DNA of 64,000 nt, from the NCBI RefSeq assembly GCF_009914755.1, contig NC_060929.1, one strand, 5' to 3'. A program made the position numbers and the translations under genes. Positions 55,467-64,000 of this stretch are shown piece by piece. Under the pieces are notes generated by a model, which was not told the origin of the DNA, did no database searches, and worked only from the letters and a program-made list of their open reading frames with translations. This stretch comes from the human T2T-CHM13v2.0 reference genome, Homo sapiens. Each line of letters opens with the position of its first letter. Position 1 is the first letter of the stretch.

Positions 55467-55972
55467 TTATTGGGTTTTAAGAGTTCTTTATATATTTTGG
55501 ATAATGGTCTTTTATCAGATGTGTCATTTGCAAATATTTTCTCACAGTCTGATTTGTTTTCTCATTCTTTTGAATTTGTCTTTCAAAGAACAAAAGTATT
55601 TAATTTTAAGAAAGTCCAACATATCCATTATTTATTTTATGGATTTTGGGTTTGGAATACCTTTAGGTATTGGAATGCCTTTAGATATTGTGTCTAAAAA
55701 GTCATCACCATAGCCAAGGTCTGGTGTATTGGAGTGCCTTTAGATATTGGAATGCGTTTAGATACTGTTCTAAAAAGTCGTCACCATACCCAATGTTGTC
55801 TAGGTTTTCTCCTATGTTATCTTCTAGGGGTTTTGTAGTTTTATGTTTTACATTTAGGTCTGTAATACATTTTGAGTTAATTTTTGTGAAGGGTGTAAGG
55901 TCTGTGTCTGGATTCATTTTTTTTTTTTTTTTTTGCATATAGGTGTCCAGTTGTTCCAGTACCATTTATTGA

Positions 55973-56305
<333 letters not shown>

Positions 56306-56309
56306 TAAA

Positions 56310-56452
56310 ATACTTTTAAGTTCCGGGATACATGTGCAGAATGTGCAGGTTTGTTCCATAGGTATACATGTGCCGTGGTGGTTTGCTACACCCATCAACC
56401 TGTCATCTACATATCTACATTAGGTATTTCTCCTAATGCTATCCCTCCCCTA
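56310..56452 (-). mobile_element. Short L1PA7-like 3' end fragment
   Basis: TACTTTTAAGTTCCGGGATACATGTGCAG...CCTAATGCTATCCCTCCCC. Confidence 0.8.
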
Positions 56453-56454
56453 GC

Positions 56455-56776
56455 TTTATTTTTTTATTTTTATTTATTTATTTTTTTTGAGACAGTGTCT
56501 TGTTCTGTCACTCAGGCTGGAGTGCAGTGCAGCCTCCACGTCTTGGGCTCAATCAATTCTTCTGCCTCAGCCTACTGAATAGTTGGGACTATACATATGT
56601 GGCACCATGCCCAGTGTCTTTCAAAGTGACAATACTTTTTTTTTTTTTTTTTTTTTTGGAGAGACAAGGTTTCACCATGTTGCCTAGACTGGTCTCAAAC
56701 TCCTGTGCTCAAATGATCTGCCCACCTCTGCATCCCAAAGTGCCGGGATTTTACAAGCATGAGCCACTGTGCCCCA
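56455..56776 (-). mobile_element. Alu (J-type)
   Basis: Diverged reverse Alu. Confidence 0.8.
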
Positions 56777-57747
56777 CCTGATTTATTGTAGCTTCATAAT
56801 AAGTCTTGAAGTTGGGTAGTATCAGTCTTCCAACTTTGTTCTGCTCCTTCAGTATTTTTTTGGCTCTTCTAGATCTTTTGCTGTTTTCGGTTTTTTTTCT
56901 ATTACCAAGTAATGTTGCCTTGAATAGTTTTGCACATATGTCCTGGTATGCATATATATATATATACATTTATATTGGGTATATACTCTGGAGTAGAATT
57001 GTGAGGCCATAAGGTATACGTGTGTTCAACTCGAGTGACTAATAGCAAAGAATTTTCCAAGGTGGTTGTATCAGTTTACACCACCTTCCATCCTTATTTG
57101 AGAGTTCCAGTTGCTTTATGTTCTCATCAATTCTTGGTATCGTCAGTTTTTTAATTTTAGCTTGCTAATAGTAGTATCTATCTTATTGTGACCTTAATTT
57201 GCATTTCTCTGGTGAATAATGGGATGATATATTTTTCTTTTTCTCTCCTCACAACTTGTCATTTATGTGAATTATTGAAATTTGTGTGTTAAATCAACTT
57301 CCCATTCTTGGTCTAAACACAATTTGGTGGGAATGTAGTTGATCATTTTATGTGTTAGTGGATCAATTTGCTGCTATTTTATATGCAATTTTTACATCTA
57401 TACTTGTGAGTGAGATTGGCCTGAACATTTTCTTTCTCTAAGTGTACTTGTTAGGTTTTGGTATCAAAGTTTGTTGGCTTCATAAAATGAATTGGGGAGT
57501 ATATCCTATTGTTGTATTTTCTGGAAAAATTTTTGAAAGATTATTGTTTTTTCCTTATGTGCTTAATAGAATTTTCTGGTAAAGCCCTCTGGGCTTGAAA
57601 CTGTCTTTATAGGAAAGTTTTAAATTACATATTTAATTTCTTTAATCATTATAGGACCATTCACATTTTTTAGTTCTGTGAGTTTGAAAAGTTATGTTTT
57701 TCTATGAATGTCTTAATTTTATCCACACTTTAAGGTTTGTTGCAAAA

Positions 57748-58022
57748 ATTTATTATTATTATTATTTTTGAGACAGGGTCTCACTGTCATCCAGGCTGCA
57801 GCCTTGACCTCCTGGTCTCAAATGATCCTCCCACTCCAGCCTCCCAAGTAGCTGGGGCTATAGGGATGCACCACCATGCCCAGCTAATTTTTGTATTTTT
57901 TTTTGTAGAGATGAGGGTTCACCAGGTTGCCCAGGCTGGTCTCAAACACCAGAGCTCAAGCGATCCTTCTGCCTCGGCCTCCCAAAGAGTCGGGATTACA
58001 GGCATGAGCTGTTGCACCTGTC
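57748..58022 (-). mobile_element. Alu (J-type)
   Basis: Diverged reverse Alu. Confidence 0.82.
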
Positions 58023-58255
58023 CTGATTTCTATATGTTACACTTGGTTGATATGCCTTTTGAGTCTCTTAATCTATAGCCACCCACCTCCTTACCTTTTG
58101 TTGTTGAAGAAACCAGAGTATTTGTTCTAATAGGGCCCCATATCCTGGAATATGCTAATTGCATATGCATAGTTTATTAAATATCTTCCTTTATCCCTGA
58201 ATTTCTTAAAAATTGTCATTTAAATCTAGCAGCATGATCAAATTCTATTCAGTAC

Positions 58256-58548
58256 TTTTTTTTTTTTGGACTGAGTCTCACTCTGTCACCCAGGCTGGAG
58301 TACAGTGGCATGATCTTGACTCACTGCAACCTCCACCTCCCAGGTTCAAGTGATTCTCCTTCCTCTGCCTCCCCGAGTAGCTGGGATTGCAGATGCATGC
58401 CCCCACGCCCATCTAATTTTTGTATTTTTAGTAGAGGCAGGGTTTCACCATGTTGGCCAGGCTGATCTCGGACTCCTGACCTCAGGTGATCCACCCACCT
58501 CGGCCTCCCAAAGTGCTGGGATTACAGACATGAGCCACCACGCCCGCC
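58256..58548 (-). mobile_element. Alu (S-type)
   Basis: Full Alu; flanked by TCTATTCAGTA repeats. Confidence 0.9.
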
Positions 58549-59745
58549 TCTATTCAGTATTTTGGAAAGAATACTTCTTAGGTGGTGGTGTGTACTTCCA
58601 CCAGAGGCATATATTATCCAAATATAACTGTTTCATGATGTTAGTGGCCATTGGTGATAATCACCTAGATCTGTTATTTTATTAAGGATTTGCTTTCATT
58701 TATATTTTTGCTGGGTATGGAATTCCAGTTGGTAGATTTTTTTAATTAATTTTTTTTGAAGATCGTTCCATTATCTATAGTTGAGATGTTAGCTATCAGT
58801 CTAGTTATTGGTTCTTTGAAGGTAACATTTGGTGGTGGGAAGAGTTTGGTTGCTTTCAAGATTTATTTTGTTCTTTCTCTTTTTAATTTTCAGCGGTTTT
58901 TACTCTAATGTGACTAGAACCAGATGTAATTGTTTTTAAACAATTTATCCTCTTAAAGTTTGTTGGGCTGCTTGGATCTGTGGTTAATATCTTTTATCAG
59001 TTTTGGAAAATTCCCCATTATTATTTCTTCAAATATTTTCTCTAACTCATTCTTTCTCTTTACTCATTTATCTGACTTTTCTTGCTTTGTCCTTTACATC
59101 TCTTCTCTGTTTTTCATTCTTTTTTGTCTTTCTGAACTTCAATGTTGGATAAATTATTCTCATCTATCTTTTAATTAACTAGATCTCTTTATTTTTTAAA
59201 TTTTCCTTTTTTTTCTCCATCTCCTTTTTATGGTATAAATCTCAATATAGTATATCTAATCAGCTGCTAAACCCCATCCAAGGAGATATTAATTTTGGTT
59301 GTTGTATTTTCTAGATCTGTAATTTGCATTTTTTTTTCTTTTTTGCAAATTTGGTGTGCTTTCCTCCACTTCTTAAAATGACCAGATCTCTAATGAAATT
59401 CTTCTTTTGGAGTCTTTACTTGAAGGGCGTGGGATTTTTCTCTGCTTTCTACCTTTAGTGGACCTGAACTCTTTTTCTTTTGGCTCCCTTAACCTGTGAG
59501 GCTGAGAAAAGCTCTGTTTCACTTCTCAACTGATCAGCTACCTCTTCTGGATACCCCCAAGGAAGAAGCTGCCCGACATACCTGACTGACTTGTCTGGAT
59601 GCCCTTCTCTTGGATCTTGATTCTTAACTGCCCCTTAAGTTTTCTAATGCTTTTCAGTTACCTTGCCCCCACCCTCAACTTACCATGTTTTCTAAATTTT
59701 CCTCAGTGAGAAAAGTTTTTGTGTCAATAATCTTATTCACTATTA

Positions 59746-60744
<999 letters not shown>

Positions 60745-61244
60745 TACTGGAAATTGAACTTCTTTACCTTGCTGTTAAACTCACACATTGATATACTAAT
60801 ATTAACTTTTTTGGGTGAACAAAGTATTACTCTTGTAGTAATAGTATTTTAAAATGACAGAAGAACTTAAAGGAGCAGGAAAGAGTCACAGTACTATCAG
60901 CGAGAGGCAGTTACTGTTAATATTTCCTTTTTGTTAGAGAGCTGGTTTTTGTGCAAATTTGGTTGGGAAAGAGTTTGGAGATTAGTTTAGATATTCTGAG
61001 TTTGAGGTGGTTCACATATCTTAATTATGTTTGGGGCAGTTAGATATTGAACAGGTGGGTCAGTGCAAGAGTAGTGTGAAGATCTGGATTTAGACATTAG
61101 AAGCAGAAAGTTGGTTGGACCAATCAAAGTAAATGGAGGGATGATGGTGGTTGTAGAATGTTCCCCTATTAAGGGTAGCACACATTGAGAAGAGCCAGGC
61201 AAAAGGTAAAACTATAAGTTTTGTAGTGTTAAGAAGGCCAAACA

Positions 61245-61604
<360 letters not shown>

Positions 61605-62013
61605 CTATATTTAATGGCTGTGGATGTTTTTTACGGAATAAAATCTCATATGCTAAACAGTAGTTATATAAAACACAGTTTTCTAGTGTGAAATATTTGC
61701 TAATATTTTAGATCTGATCACAAAATAAATTAAGCCATGAATGAAGTTCAGGATTTCAGACTTGATGATATATTTAGTTTTGTGCAAATGACTGTCATTA
61801 ATCTCTTGTTCTATTAAATGTGCATCACAGTGTTGAAGAATAATAAAACTAAGTACAACAAAGAATTATTAAATACAAATGACACACTTATCACAGTGAA
61901 CCAGCTTACAGAGACAGAGAGAATACAAGAAGTAGCACTCATGTATTTCCTGTTCAGATAAGCATTGGTACTAAAGATAAAAAGAGTTGTGATTCCATTA
62001 AAATTTTTTCTGT

Positions 62014-62302
62014 GGCTGAGCGTGGTGGCTCATGCCTATGATCTCAGCACTTTGGGAGGCCTAGGTGGGAGGATTGCTTGAGCCCTGGAATTCCAGATTA
62101 GCCTGGGCAACATAGCAAGGCCCCATCTCTACAAAAAAATACAAAACTTAGCTGGGTGTTGTGGGGCATGCTTGTAGTGTGAGCTACTCAGGAGGCTGAG
62201 GTGGGAGGATTGCTTAAGCCTAGGAGGTCAAAGCTGCAGTGAGCTATGATCATACCACTGTACTCCAGCCTGGGTGACAGAGCAAGACTGTTTTAAAAAA
62301 AA
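62014..62302 (+). mobile_element. Alu (J-type)
   Basis: Diverged full Alu. Confidence 0.87.
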
Positions 62303-62513
62303 ATTTGTGTGTGTGATATAAATTATTTTAGTTCTATACCAGAAAGGACATTTGAAGATAGGCCGGAAATTCATGACTACATATATGTACTTATTTTTAA
62401 CATGTAATTTTTGAGGTATCTTTTTGTTTTGCACTTTTAATTGTATTTTGATAACTTTGCTGTTTTTGGTCACTAAATAAGAAGTATTATGATGTGGATA
62501 TTTGATTTAACAG

Positions 62514-62588
62514 AGCTACCATAGAGGAGGCATACTCCAGGTCAATGACAAAACTAGCAAAATCTGCAAGCAATTATTCACAACTTGG
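62514..62588 (+). CDS. FCHO2: FCHO2 coding exon 3 (ATIEEAYSRSMTKLAKSASNYSQL-G)
   Basis: AACAG acceptor, GTGAGT donor, 75 nt, phase 2-2, continuous F-BAR sequence. Confidence 0.95.
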
Positions 62589-63564
62589 GTGAGTTAATTT
62601 CTTCCTCTTTTTCAGTGTTTATTTAGGCAAAGTTCTTAAGGATTCTAGGTTCCTTTTGAGGACATAACAGTTCAAAAGCATAGTAAAATATATGCTTATT
62701 TAAAAGTATCTGTAAATATTAATATATTCTTCACTTGATAGAAAATATAATTGAACTTGCTGAATCAGTCAATGCAGTCAAAACTAAATGAAATTTATTT
62801 TTTCCCTTTTTAAAAACTAGTCATTCAATAGTGTTTGAGATTATAAATGTTATCTTATGCACATGCAATGTATTTATTCTAGTTGTCTGTAAGTTCCTAT
62901 TTAAATTCTGTTGTAGTTTAACAGTGATCTTTAAAAACTCACTTAAGATAAACTTTATTGAAATGATTAAGATGCATTAAAAATGTCTCCTGTGATTTTA
63001 TAGACTGTCATTAAATCTTCCTTTTAAAAATTTGTATTAAAAATGTGTTCCTTGAAAAATGAAAATAATGAAAAGAATACATTTAAAATGAGATGTGCTC
63101 ATTGCCATAACAATTATGGAAAGAATAATTATCTAAAAATTGGGCTTTTGCATGTTTAAATTCACAGAAACTTTATTTTTGATGAAGTATTTTAAATGGA
63201 ATACTTGTTTTAAATTGAAGTTTGATAATAGTTAATTTTTAACAATAGACAGTGATAGAAAGGCTTCTGATACAAGTATAAATACTAAATCAATTCAGAA
63301 ATTAATATAATTAAGAGGGTTAAGACTTGTGATAATGTAATTAACCCATTTCTATATTCCTGAGGTCCAAAAATATTTTAAATAACCAATGACAAAAAAA
63401 ATTCAAGGTCAGTCTGTCAATCATTTTATTCATTATTTTAATTTCATCTTTTGCCTAAATAAAGTTGCCATATATACCACTATTATTTCCACTGGTTCCT
63501 TGTTAGAACCTTAATTTTCTTTTTTACTTTTAATAAGTTATTCCCATATTTTTTATTTTCTTAG

Positions 63565-63706
63565 AACATTTGCACCAGTATGGGATGTATTCAAAACATC
63601 TACAGAGAAATTAGCAAATTGTCACTTGGATCTTGTTAGAAAATTACAAGAATTAATAAAGGAAGTTCAGAAGTATGGAGAAGAACAAGTAAAGTCTCAT
63701 AAAAAG
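63565..63706 (+). CDS. FCHO2: FCHO2 coding exon 4 ([47 protein letters not shown])
   Basis: TTTTCTTAG acceptor, GTATCA donor, 142 nt, frame maintained. Confidence 0.95.
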
Positions 63707-63798
63707 GTATCAGTTTTTTTCTTGTTAAATAATTGATTGGTCAGATATTGAATACTTTATAGTTCAGTCATTTTGATGGATCATTTCATACTAAACAG

Positions 63799-63951
63799 AC
63801 TAAAGAAGAAGTTGCAGGAACTCTGGAAGCTGTCCAAACCATTCAGAGCATAACTCAGGCCCTCCAGAAATCCAAGGAAAATTACAATGCCAAGTGTGTA
63901 GAACAGGAGCGTTTGAAAAAGGAAGGAGCTACACAAAGAGAAATAGAAAAG
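63799..63951 (+). CDS. FCHO2: FCHO2 coding exon 5 ([51 protein letters not shown]); gene continues beyond window
   Basis: AAACAG acceptor, GTAATC donor, 153 nt, coiled-coil F-BAR sequence. Confidence 0.94.
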
Positions 63952-64000
63952 GTAATCATAATAAAAATTACATATCTGTGGTTTCAAAGCACCTTGACAT

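Overview
Primate (most likely human) genomic DNA. Bases 1-~9415 hold most of a decayed class I endogenous retrovirus of the HERV9/ERV-9 group on the + strand: leader, gag-pro-pol-env and a 3' LTR12-type LTR. Its 5' LTR lies outside the window. About 19 kb of Alu/L2/MIR/MaLR-rich intergenic DNA follows, then a CpG-island promoter (~28430-29780) and coding exons 1-5 of FCHO2 (F-BAR domain), which splice into one continuous frame. Intron 2 contains two large antisense L1PA elements, older L1M pieces, DNA-transposon fossils and many Alus. I see no convincing new multi-gene system. The most notable sequence-level observations are: (1) an L1PA insertion with a clear ~180-bp 3' transduction inside 18-bp target-site duplications (TSDs), which also creates a candidate poison exon in FCHO2; (2) a near-perfect, very young AluY (Yc1-like) with a 35-nt tail; (3) a three-arm Alu; (4) overlapping CTCF/NRF1 motifs at the FCHO2 promoter; and (5) an in-frame-open FCHO2 5' leader. 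Repeat subfamily names come from recalled consensus sequences, and repeat boundaries are approximate.
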